Origin: Octopus sinensis | Taxonomy: Eukaryota | Length of the DNA stretch: 64,000 nt | Reading direction: 5' to 3' | Assembly (NCBI RefSeq): GCF_006345805.1 | Contig: NC_043002.1 | Span: forward strand, 68,324,001 to 68,388,000 | In this document: piece by piece, positions 12,023 to 23,959 of the stretch | How the letters are laid out: every line of letters begins with the position of its first letter | How positions within the stretch are numbered: the first letter of the stretch is position 1 | Notes under the pieces: generated by a model | Databases searched by the model: none | What the model was told of the DNA's origin: nothing | The model's input: only the letters and a program-made list of their open reading frames with translations | Made by a program: the position numbers and the translations under genes

Positions 12023-13743
12023 TTAATGTAGTTCTCAGGAAAATTCAGCGTGACATAGAATGTGACAAGGCTGGCCCTTTGAATTACAAGCATAACTCAA
12101 TTTTGCCAGCTGAGTGAACACGAGCAACATGAAATAAAAGTGTCTTGCTCAAGGACACAACCCGCTGCCAGGAATTGAACTCATGACCCTACAATCGTGA
12201 GTCGAATACCCTAACCACTTCAACATAAAATCATCATCATCATCATCGTTTAACGTCTGCTTTCCATGCTAGCATGGGTTGGACGATTTGACTGAGGACT
12301 GACAAACCAGATGGCTGCACCAGGCTCCAATCTGATCTGGCAGAGTTTCTACAGCTGGATGCCCTTCCTAACACCAACCACTTCAAGAGTGTAGTGGGTG
12401 CTTTTACGTGCCGGCGGCACGAGGGCCAGTCAGGCAGTACCGGCAATGGTACAAAAAGGGTCACTTTATATTTCTTGAAAGCAGTGTATTCAAGGAAATA
12501 CTGTATATATTTGTCTTTTAAGTGTTCCCAAGAGCTGTGATAACAGATATATAAAGATGCCAATTAAAATGAAACCAACAATGTAAAAATAACTTGGTTA
12601 TCCTGAATGACTGAAATAGATACATAAATTGTTTAAAAACGAAATTAATACTATAGATAAAGTTATCATTGGTTACAAATTTTGGCACAAGTTCAAAGGT
12701 GAGAGTAAGTTGATTACATTGCCCCCCACCCAGTATTCAACTGGTACTTATTTCATCAACACTGAAAGGATGAAAGGCAAAGTCAACCCCAGTGGAATGT
12801 GAACACAGAACGTAAAGACAGATGGAAGGCTGCTAAGCATTTTACCTGACATGCTATCTATCCAGCCAGCTCACTGCCCTTAAGGTAAGGTTATCATTAT
12901 ACATTACTATAAAGGGGTAAATTGGCAAAATCATTGGCATGCCTGACAAAATGCTTTATGGCATTTCATCTGTCTTTGTGTTTTGAGTTCAAATTCCGTG
13001 GAGGTTAACTTTGCTTTTCATCTTCTCAGGGTCGATAAATTAAGTACCAGAGTTGATATAATCAACTTCAAAAAGTCCCCTCAAAAACTACTGGTCCTGT
13101 ATCAAAATTTGAAGGTGGTGACTCAGTGGTTAGAGTGTCAAGTTCACAATCATGAGGAAGTTAGTTCAATCCCCTGACCTGGGTGTGGGTTGTGTTCTTC
13201 ACCAAGACACTTTTTATTTCACGTTGCTCCAGTTCACTCAGCTGCAGAAATGTGTTGTGATGCCACTGGTGTCAAGGTGTATTGGCATTTGCCTTTCCTT
13301 TGGATAACATCAGTGGGATGGAGAGAGGAGGCTGGTATGCATGTGTGACTGCTGGTCTTCCATAAACAACATTGCCCAAACTTGTGCCTCAGAGAATAAC
13401 TTTGTAGGTACAATCCCATGGTCATTCACGAACAAAGGCAGTCCTTTATTATAGATTATTACTTTTATTTCTCAATACCATCTTTAGTTAGCTTATTAAG
13501 GTAGCATTACTGAAAAAGAAGGCACTTCTTAGAAAAAAAAAAGAAAGATCTATGTATGTGTCAAACTTATTACAAATTGACAACACGTTTTGAAAAGCAA
13601 ACAAAAATTTTATTTGAAAGATTTGGAAATTGAAATTTATGAATGAAGATGTATGTCTTTTTCAACAAGTGGTTTATCTTCATCTTCACCCTCCTCCTCC
13701 TCATCATCATTTACTGTCTGTTTCCCATTGGTATGGTTTAGAC

Positions 13744-14424
13744 CAGGGGTTGCCAAACATTTTTGACCATCAATCCCCTTTAACCACTTCTCCTTCCGCA
13801 TCGACCACCCTCCTCATTTAAAATATCTTAATACCCTACCATACTGTACCATATCTTAAATGCGTACAGAGTACTGAAGCTGGCAATTAAAATGTTAGCT
13901 GAAATATACATGCACGGCAAATTAAGAAATTCTATTGAAGATGACACACTTTTTACATTTAAAACTTGATGCAGTCCTTGGATGTATTGGATCTGGTAAA
14001 CCATCCAACCTATACAAGCATGGAACATGGACATTAAATGATGATGATGACGACAACGACGACGATGACAATGATGATAATGACAAAGATGATGGTGGCA
14101 GCACTGGTGAGGCTGCCAGGTAACTTGCAAGACAGGAAAAGAACATGCATGAGTATACAGTATTAAACTTTCAATTTTTATGAAATTGTTCTCACAATTA
14201 GAAAATGTGAAAAAACGCATCATATTGCTGGAATATCTTTTATTGAAATTAACAACATCAATATGAGGGATGAACATGGTGCTGACTAAGTATTCCAAGC
14301 AGTTCATCTGGGTGAGCTGGTCTTTCGCATGCCAACCCCTATTTGACCCCTTGGCTATCATCGACCCCCTGTAATTCTTTGCTGACTCCTAGGGGGTTCC
14401 TCAGACCCCCTTTGGTGACCCCTG
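13744..14424. mobile_element. hAT-type MITE inserted in a SINE
   Basis: TIRs CAGGGGTTGCCAAA / TTTGGTGACCCCTG; 8-bp TSD GTTTAGAC / ATTTAGAC. Confidence 0.8.
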
Positions 14425-16453
14425 ATTTAGACAGAATGAGAGAATTCAGCAGGTTTGAGGGCTGCATTGCACTTCAGTGTCAGCTTTGGGAGGTTTTCTA
14501 CAGCTGGGTGCTGCATTGTGTACTGGGTGCTTTTTTTCATGTCACTGGCCCTTTTTCTTTCTCTCTCTTCCTCTCCCCTACTAGATGTGAATAGCCATGC
14601 TGATCCCTCAACAGGGGCCTGCTCTACTCCTGTCCCACTTCATAGTAATCCTCTCATCCCCTAGTATGAAGCTGACCTCATCACCTCACCCAGGGCTCGC
14701 AATCCTGCAAACTGCATAGCAACCTCCATAGTGTAGGTAGCATGAAAAAAGTACCCAGACCACATTGTAAAACGGCTGACATTAGGAAGGGCATTCAACC
14801 ATAAAACCCATGCCAAAGCAGATACTGGAACTTGATGTAGTCCTTGGATGTATTCATCATCATCATCATCATCATCGTTTAACGTCCGTTTTCTGCGCTA
14901 CCACGGGTTGGACGGTTTCGACCGGGGTCTGGGGAGCTCGGGACTGCCCCAGGCTCCAGTCTAGTCTGGCAGTGTTTCTACAGCTGGATGCCCTTCCTAA
15001 CGCTAACCACTCCGCGAGTGTAGTGGGTGCTTTTTACGTGCCACCTGCACAGGTGCCAGAGGGGTCTGGCATCGGCCACGTTCGGATGGTGCTTTTTATG
15101 TGGGGGGGGTGCAGAAATATAGGGGAGCACCAGTGGGGAGGGGTGGTTCAGAGAAATGATGACAGGTTCTAGGCAAGTAGAACGTAGGATATCGAGAGAG
15201 GGGTTATGCATGGTGAAATAGCGTATTGAAGAGGGGGGTTCGAAGAGTAGACACCTATAATGGTGGTGGGAGAAGCGACATCCGGTATAGATGGAGCAAA
15301 ATATAGAGATATCCGGTATTGGTGGTGGGGGTGGGAGGGTAAACCATCCAACCTATGCGAGCATGGAACATGGACATTAAATGATGATGATGACGACAAC
15401 GACGAAGACAACAATGATGATAATGACAAAGATGATGGTGGCAGCACTGATGAGGCTGCCAGGTAACTTGCAAGACAGGAAAAAAACAAGAAATGAAAGA
15501 AATAAAACTCTTAACTAAATGATGGGGAGGTGGCTTTATGCCAGGTGTTGAGAGGCAAGAATATAATAAAAGGAAAGAGAAGATTCATAGTTATTTTATG
15601 TATATAATTATGATACAATATTTATGCTTACTGTTCAAAATGACTTGTTGACTTGCAATTCCTTTGATGCATGTTGCTTTCTTTTTTATTTTAAGATAAA
15701 AACAGAAATTTATAGTAACTGAAAAAGAAGGCATTTCTAAGAAGAAAAAAAAAGAAAGATCTGATGTATATGTCAAACTTGTTACAAATTGACTACGCCT
15801 TTTGAAAAGCAAACAAAAAATTTATTTGAAAGATTTGGGAATTGAAATTTATGAATGAAGATGTATATCTTTTTCAACAAGTGGTTTATCATCTACATCT
15901 TCACCCTCCTCCTCTTCATTGTCATTTAAATCATTAAGCTGCTTTAACTATTATTTACTCATTTCAACCATTCTGGTAAACAATGTTAATATTGTACATT
16001 CTCTATAATTTTCTAATTTCCTTTTGTCAAACTTATATGTCTCACAGTTGAACGATCTCGATTATATGGTTCATACCAAATGAAATTCATATTATTTGAA
16101 TTCATACTAACATTTCAATTACATGTCTTTCTTTAGAACAGGAAGAAATATATAAAAGGAAAAAATTATATAAAATAAGGTCATAAAATTGTGAAACTCT
16201 ACTACTTCTACTACTACTGCATCATCATTATCATCATCATAATAATAATCCTTTCTACAATAGGCACAAGCCCTGAAATTTGAGGAGAGTAGGTAAGTCA
16301 ATTGCATAGGTCCCAGTGCATAACTGGTACTTATTTAATCGACCCTAAAATGATGAAAGGCAAAGTTGACCTCAGCAGAATTTGAACTCAGAACATTAAG
16401 ATGGACGAAGTGCCACTAAGCATGGTAGCAATTTTGCTAGCTTGCCGCCTTAC

Positions 16454-16490
<37 letters not shown>

Positions 16491-16674
16491 CAATAATAGT
16501 TTCAGATTTTGCCACAAGGGCAACAATTTTGGGGGAGGGGTACTTATTATATCGACCCTGAAAGAACGAAAGGCAAAGTTGACCTCAGTGAAATTTGAAC
16601 TCAGAAAGTAGCAATGGGTGAAATACCACTATGCATTTTGTCCATTGCGCTAACAATTTTGCCAGCTCACCACC

Positions 16675-16708
<34 letters not shown>

Positions 16709-17074
16709 CAATAGCAACAACAACAGTAATAATAATAATTTAGAAAGAGTGATGCAACTCTTCACGAAGATAAATAGACAATAAGAAGAATGTGATGTGA
16801 TTAGTAATAGATTGTTTATTTAATGGTTTGAATGATATTTCAATAGATCATGCCATCTTCAGGTTCAAAATGTAAAATGAAAATGACTGCAGAAACACAG
16901 AAATTCAAAATATAAATCTATTTTGGTAGAATGACATTATAATGGAATGGAAGGTTTATGATATCTGTGGAGTATCTCCTTCTCCCATTATAATTCTTTT
17001 TGTAGTTTCAAGGATCTGGAACACGAAGAAGTTCACAAATGGAGTACAATTCAATAGCTGTTTATTTACAGAGT

Positions 17075-17303
17075 TCTTATTCTTTATTCTCTCTTTTACT
17101 CTTACTTGTTTCAGTCATTTGACTGCGGCCATGCTGGAGCACTGCCTTTAGTCGAGCAAATCGACCCTGGGATTTATTTTTTGTAAACCCAGTACTTATT
17201 CTATCGGTCTCTTTTGCCGAACCACTAAGTAACGGGGATGTAAACACACCAGCATCAGTTGTCAAGCAATGCTAGAGGGACAAACACAGACACACAAACA
17301 TAT

Positions 17304-17334
<31 letters not shown>

Positions 17335-17515
17335 CACACACACATATATACGACAGGCTTCTTTCAGTTTCTATCTACCATATCCACTCACAAGGCATTG
17401 GTCGGCCAGGGGCTATAGCAGAAGACACTTGCTCAAGATGCCACGCAGTGGGACTGAACCCGGAACCATGTGGTTGGTAAGCAAACTACTTACCACACAG
17501 CCACTCCTGCGCCTA
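17075..17515 (-). mobile_element. SINE family 1, full-length copy
   Basis: Reverse complement of 3143-3580. Confidence 0.88.
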
Positions 17516-19029
17516 TGTTAAAATAATAATGATAACACTAATGAAATTATTGTATACAATGCTCAGGTGCACCACAACTTGTCAAAATTGCGTATAAAGC
17601 ATATGCAATTCATGTGGTTCGCTCTCAGTGACCATCTTTATAGCAGCGCGTGGTTTGTCTTAACTCCATACACGTGAGGTTCATTACCTCTGGAGATAAG
17701 TATGTGGAGTCAGAGTGGGACAAGAGTCCACTGTGAGTCGCTGTCTATGCAGTGTTTCTCGGCGTAAGCGTGAGAAGAAATGAGAGTGAATGTTGCTGTT
17801 TCTTGCTTAAATACTGGTTGCCAGCAAGAATCTTATTTGTTGTCTTGCACATGGCAATCGCTACCAGCAAGATCTAGTTCAAAATGGTGCTGGCTTCTTG
17901 TGCCTCGCTACAACATCATCAGTTTTCACTTTCTTATGAAAGAGAAAGGAAAAAGAAGAAAAAAAAGAGAAAAAAACGGAAAAAGGAAAAATGAGAAAAA
18001 ACGGAAAAAGAATATTTAGTCAAACAGTTTTGTGAAAATATGATGAAATTTAGCTGGAATTCACAAATATATTTATCCTCATGCATTTTGAAAACTGAAT
18101 GTGTAAATGAATCAGAATATTTTCTGAGAATGTGCACTTGTAGGTGTTCCTCAAAATTGCAGCCATTTGATGTAAAATATTTGGCAAGTTCTAAAAACTA
18201 TTGTGCCTGGCATCATGCCTGTGCTCATTGAATATTTTGTTTAATTATTCTGTAGTACAACCAACATAAATAAAGTTGTGTTTGGTGTGTTCTGCTGTGT
18301 ACACCAAATGGGAATCTTTACACATCACACCTTCTGTCAGAACGTTTCTGTTGTGGAATTGACTTGCACAATGAACAGAGCTTACCTCTCTTGTGGCTGT
18401 TTTCCAAGAAACTCCAATGGTAGTTTCCTTGGGGTTAGAGGTAGTGGCTAATATATTTTTCTTATATTTTTATTGTGTCTAAAGGCTACAACAGGTGGGT
18501 GTGAGAATATTTGTTTGAAAAGAGATATTTTTCTGCACTTTTGAAACGCCAGCAAAATTTTGGTGCCAATTAACCAATTAAGTCCCACTGTCCTATAAAT
18601 AGGACAGTAAATGAGAACATTAAGCTTTATCACATTGTCTCAGTATCCTATTTATAGGACACAGAGTATTTCCATTTTTACTTGAAGCAAAGGAGTTTTG
18701 ATAATTATTTCTTTTCATTTTAATCTGTAAAAATTTTAAAGTAAATATGTGTGTGTGTGTGTGCATGTGTATTCCTCATTTATATACCTTTTCATTCCTA
18801 CAAAACTACAATAATCTTAAGATAGATTGATTATTTAAATTCCACTATTATTTCTCTTTTGATAATTTTCTCTTTCCTCTGTTTATACTTTATCTAATAA
18901 GAATAATATAATACACCTAATAATAATAATAATTGATTCCTTTGTATTCATATACATATATATATAAATGTATAGATATGTATTTATGAATATTTATGTG
19001 TATGTATGAATATATAAAAGTGCGTATAT

Positions 19030-20298
19030 ATAATAATAATGAAATATACAGTGCTCAGGTGTACTACAACTTGTCAAAAGTGCGTATAAAGTATATGCAG
19101 TAATGTACAAATGTTTGGAAAGTGAACAGTGTATGAGTCAGATACATGCTTGCGTGTGTATGGAGGGGAGAAAATCAGGTGTGGTGGTGGCGAATCTCAG
19201 GAAGCATGGAAGTTTTGAAGGATGCAGTGCTCCGACAACTAACAACTGATGCTAGCAGTTTGTTCCATGCTTCAGCAACTCTTAGCGTAAAAAAATGTTT
19301 CCGAAAGTCATGGGAGCTGTGCTGTTTTCTGACTTTGTAAACATGTCCATGGGTGTTAGACAGATGGAGTTTGAAAAGGTGCTCAGAGTTATTGTTTGTA
19401 AGATGGTTAATAATTTTATGGGTGTCTGCCAAATCAGCTGCCAGACGTCGGAGTTTCAATGTATCCATGCCCAGAGAAGTACAAATGCCTGATGGAGGGT
19501 ATTCTCTTGGTTGCACGTCGCTGAACGGTTTCCAGACGATTAATATCCTGGGCAAGATAGGGGTTCCAGACCGGTGATGCAAATTCCAGGTGAGGTCGTA
19601 CCATAGCTATATAAAGCCGCAGATAGATAGCCAGAGAGCGGCTCACAAAGGACTTGGTGAGTGATGCCAAGACACCCTCAGGCTTCTTGGCAATTTTAGC
19701 GATGTGTTTTGTCCAACGCAAATCGCTGTCGACAATAACACCCAGGTTACGTTCACAAGAAGACTTTTTGAGATTAGTGTTGTGGAAGGAGTAAGTAGAC
19801 GTTGGGTTTTTCCTCCCAAAATGCATGGTGGTACATTTGACCACAGCCAGCTTGAGTTGCCAGTCCATGATCCACTGCTGCATTGTGTCCAGTTCTGATT
19901 GCAATAGAGATCTATAGAGTACAGGATCTGACCTCTTTATTTCGAGGTACAGCTTGATGTCATCTGCATATTTCAGCACTGTGGCATTCTTTAAGTTGGC
20001 ATCTATGTCATTAACATATGCAACAAATAAAAGGGGGCCAAGAACAGATCCCTGTGGTACACCAGATGTCATCACATAGGGTGAAGAGTGCTGTCCTAGA
20101 ACTGTGACAACCTCTTTTCGGACGATAATAAAGGACTTCAACCAGTTATAGAGATCGTCTCTTACACCCATTGCAGAGAGTTTCACCATAAGTCATTTGT
20201 GTGGCACAGAATTAAAAGCCTTAGCAAAGTCCAGGTAAACAACATCCACCCAGGATCCGCGATCAGTGATTCGGGTAATGTCCTCAAGAAACTCGATG
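19030..20298 (-). mobile_element. 5'-truncated CR1-type LINE (RT to 3' tail), family A
   Basis: YLDFAKAFNSVPH, SGVPQGSVLGPLLF and KYADD motifs (ORFs 19434..20189 and 19175..19582); ends in an (ATT)n tail. Confidence 0.92.
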
Positions 20299-20644
20299 CA
20301 TTTATATTTATAACTTAACCTTATGAACTTTCTAAACGCTCTGACAAAACCCAGAGGCACACCCAAGTACCTTAATCTTATTTACCAAATACTTCAGTTG
20401 ACTGAAGGGATGGAAGTAAAGTGGGGTACTATGACCTCTTGGCTGAAACAGCTGTAAGAAACTATTCTACTTTCTATGTTCTACATTACATATTTTAATA
20501 ATTACTGGTATTTTGGTATTTTTATATATGTAAAGCATAATATATTATACATGTATATATATTGTTATAATTGTTTTTTTTAAAAATAAATAGACATAAT
20601 ATAATGTTTACTGCCGTGTATATATATATACACATACATACATA

Positions 20645-22190
20645 TGGCTGCCAAGCAAAACTGAAGGAGGGAATAATATGCCCAATCCATAAAGGAGGAA
20701 GCAGAGCAGATACCAAAAACTATAAGCCTATCTCTCTGACTTCACATATCAGCAAAGTCATGGAACAGATAGTCAGAAGGAAACTAATTGCATTCCTTGA
20801 AGAAAACGACTTGCTGAGTGATACCCAGCATGGCTTTCAACCAGGTAGGTGCTGCCTGACCCAGCTCTTACAGCACTATGACTGGGTGTTGAGGCAGTGA
20901 CTCAACAACTCAAATGTGGACGTAATATACCTTGACTTTGCAAAAGCTTTTGATAAAGTGTATCATGGTATGATATACCACAAAATGTGTGATCTTGGCA
21001 TAGCTGGAAAACTTGGAGAGTGGTTACATGACTTATGACTTTCTGAAAGATAGAAGTGAGGCAGTACTGGCCAATGGAGCCACCTCAAAGAAAACAAAAA
21101 TAGTGAGCGGTGTTCCACAGGGCACTCTCTTGGGACCACTGCTTTTCATAGTGGACCTCTCAGATATACCCTCAGCTGCCCTGATAGCCACTCTTGCTAG
21201 CTATGCAGATGATATGAAAGACTTGCAGAAAATACAGAAATGCAGTGATGTTGCACACCTGTAGCAGGAGTTGGACTCAATTTATAGATGGGCTGAGGAC
21301 AATGATATGCAGTTTAATGCTGAAAAATTCCAAGCCCTGCACTACCAGCATACAAAACTGAATATAAAACTTACAGGGTACACTGGTCCACAGGGGATTA
21401 CAATCCCAGAGCCTAAATCAGTGAGGGACCTGGGTATCAACATGAGTGATGATACCTCTTTACAAGTCCACGTTACCAGGATGGTGACAAAGTGCAGACG
21501 ACTGACTGGAAGGATCCTGAGAACATTCATGATCAGAGAGAAGGAAACCATGATGGTCCTCTGGAGGACATTCGTCCTCAGCCACCTGGACTACTGCTCC
21601 CAGCTATGGTCACCCATCAGTGTAAAATTAACAGCGGGCCTTGAAACAATCCAGCAAAGCTTCACAGAGAAGACTGTCTCGTTGCAACAGCTCAGCTACA
21701 GGGAAAGGCTGAAACAACTAAGACTCAGGTGGGATGGATATGCAGTAGTATACGTCTGGAAGATCCTGAAAGGAATTGTGCCAAATTTGGCATTGAAAGC
21801 TACAATACCAGAGCGGGTCAAAACTGCACAGTGCCAAAGATCCCAGCAATGCCATCGCACTTCAGGACCACTTACTGCAACAGCCTGGGTTTTAGGGGCC
21901 CACAGCTTTTTTAATATTTTCCCAAAGAGCCTGAGGGACCTACACAGAGTTGACATAGGTGTTTTCAAATCAAAATTAGACCTTTTCCTGTTGAGAGTCC
22001 CAGATAAACCTACCTTGCAGCAAAAGGTGCAAAGAGAGTAGCGGCATACACCTCCCTTATTCACCAAATGCCATATAATAGAGGAGGCTCTCAATAAAAC
22101 AATGTAGTGGTGCCCCAGCATGGCCACAGTTCTGATCTGAAAGTAAGAAAGAAAAGAAAGAAAGAAAGAATGAAAGAACGAAAGAAAAAT
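20645..22190 (+). mobile_element. 5'-truncated, degenerate CR1-type LINE, family B
   Basis: PIHKGG..NYKPISLTS, QHGF, YLDFAKAFDKV, SGVPQG and YADD motifs with stops and frameshifts; (GAAA)n tail. Confidence 0.92.
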
Positions 22191-22474
22191 AATAATATAA
22201 TGCGATTTTTAAAAAATTAAATGGCTATGGGGGCCCAGTAGAATAAAATAAAAATCAAAGTGGTCCATAGGCAAAAAATGGTTGAGTTAGACAGAAGATA
22301 GCTGAACCCATGCCAGCATGGAAAATAGTTGTTAAATAAAATTGATGATGATGCGTGTAGCTGTGACTGTAGATTCTTCAGCTGTGGAGTTGTTTTACTA
22401 ATTACCAATTCTATTTCCCTCCAAGTGGTAGCTTGAGAATATACAATGTGGTCCTCAACCAGTTGGAAATCTAG

Positions 22475-22906
22475 TGTAACAGGATCAGTTTCGGTACCAC
22501 TGGAGGGGTGTCCGATCTGATCCCGTCACATTCAATTTTAGTTAAAATAACAGACTAGTTGGGCGATCTACGAACACAGCAAAATGATTGTTTATTTCTC
22601 GTCGTAATGTAGAACTGGTGTCCGTGTTCTCTGGAGGGAAACCGACAGCCGAATCTGCAGTGCTGATTCTTGTTTGTTAGTCGAAATGATTTGTCGTGGT
22701 TCGCTGCTTGGTTGGTATGAAGTCCTCAGAGACTGCCAATACACGTCCGTTCATGGGTGCTGCGAGGGCCAGAAAAGATGAATGAGCGAACCGCGTTTTA
22801 GGGGTCAGTTTCCCGCACATGCGCATGGGGAAGACTTCCGGTGGCCAACCAGAAGTAATCCCATTCTGCGCATGTGCGCTGAACCTTACTCAGCAGCATC
22901 ACTACA
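22475..22906 (-). mobile_element. Solo LTR, 432 bp (Gypsy-like 4-bp TSD)
   Basis: Begins TGTAAC, ends ACTACA, flanked by CTAG at 22471-22474 and 22907-22910; CpG-rich; AATAAA on the minus strand near 22592. Confidence 0.8.
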
Positions 22907-23959
22907 CTAGTATATTTACTGCAGTGGGTTCCTCAACTAGACAGAAGTACAGTATGCCTATAGTGGTACATTCGTTGATGGCCTTTAGTTGTTTACCAAA
23001 CTATCAATTCAATTACACTTTCTATGGTGGCTTGATCTGATCAATATAGCAGTAAAATTACCCTTAACTCACATTCTGCTGTCTTTAAATAGTGGAGACA
23101 TAAGACAATGTAGTCCTAGATGTCCCTAAAATGATGAGATGTTCATAGTTGGAAAGCCTTTAATCAGAGTTGAACCTGAGTTGACTTGATACTTAAACCA
23201 TTGCCAATATAGACGTCACCACTGGCGATGGCAACAACAACTTCTTTCTATAAAAACTTACCAACTGATTGACAGATATGACATCAATGTAAGACTTAAC
23301 ATCCTAGCAACCATCCCTAAAGGTCTATAAAAGTCCTACCTTTACGTCATAAACTGTCCTCATATCCTTATTGTTCTCTCTATCTCTCTCTTCTGGTGTC
23401 TCTCCTAGTTTACTTTAGCTATCTTATTCTCTTTCTCTCACTCTTTCTTCAACCTGAAGTAAACATTCTTACTTTCCATTGTTACTGAGGGCAAGTGCAC
23501 TTAAAATCATTTCAAACATAGTTCTTCCAATGATATTAAAGTTTATTCTGATATACTATCTCACAATTCTAAATACTTCACACTTTTTAACCTCATTATG
23601 TGGAATATTAGCAAACCACTCCTACTTTCTCCCCACCCCCCACTTTTATTTTTCAAGTTAGGTACACATAACATCAAATATTCCATTTTAGTTTAAATGA
23701 ATAATTCTTTGATAACAAGAAACTCCTACCTTTTGAATTTGCCATATGTCTCTTATAGGTAAAACTATTTTGCATTAACCACCTACCAGTAAATTCTAAA
23801 TCCTGGTCTCTGTCATTACATGCACAATCTACTCCAGATACCCAAGCATATCTTCAGTGACAAAACTAGTTGTTATAAGGTTCATAAAGCAGGATACTAT
23901 GGAAGGGCTGTAACAGCTAAACCTCTCCAATTTCCCATCAACACTAATTAGTAGAAAAA

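Noticed and set aside
13828-15489. His/Asp/Ser-rich ORFs resembling duplicated small genes
   Set aside because: They come from (GAT)n SINE tails within a duplicated repeat segment; no splice or codon support.
18386-18448. Possible intergenic minus-strand exon with a GAG|GTAAGC donor
   Set aside because: The upstream AG lacks a polypyrimidine tract, and there is no recognisable protein or partner exon.
19030-22190. Head-to-head LINE fragments as one twin-primed insertion
   Set aside because: Both cover overlapping RT regions with very different sequences and different 3' tails; they are independent families.
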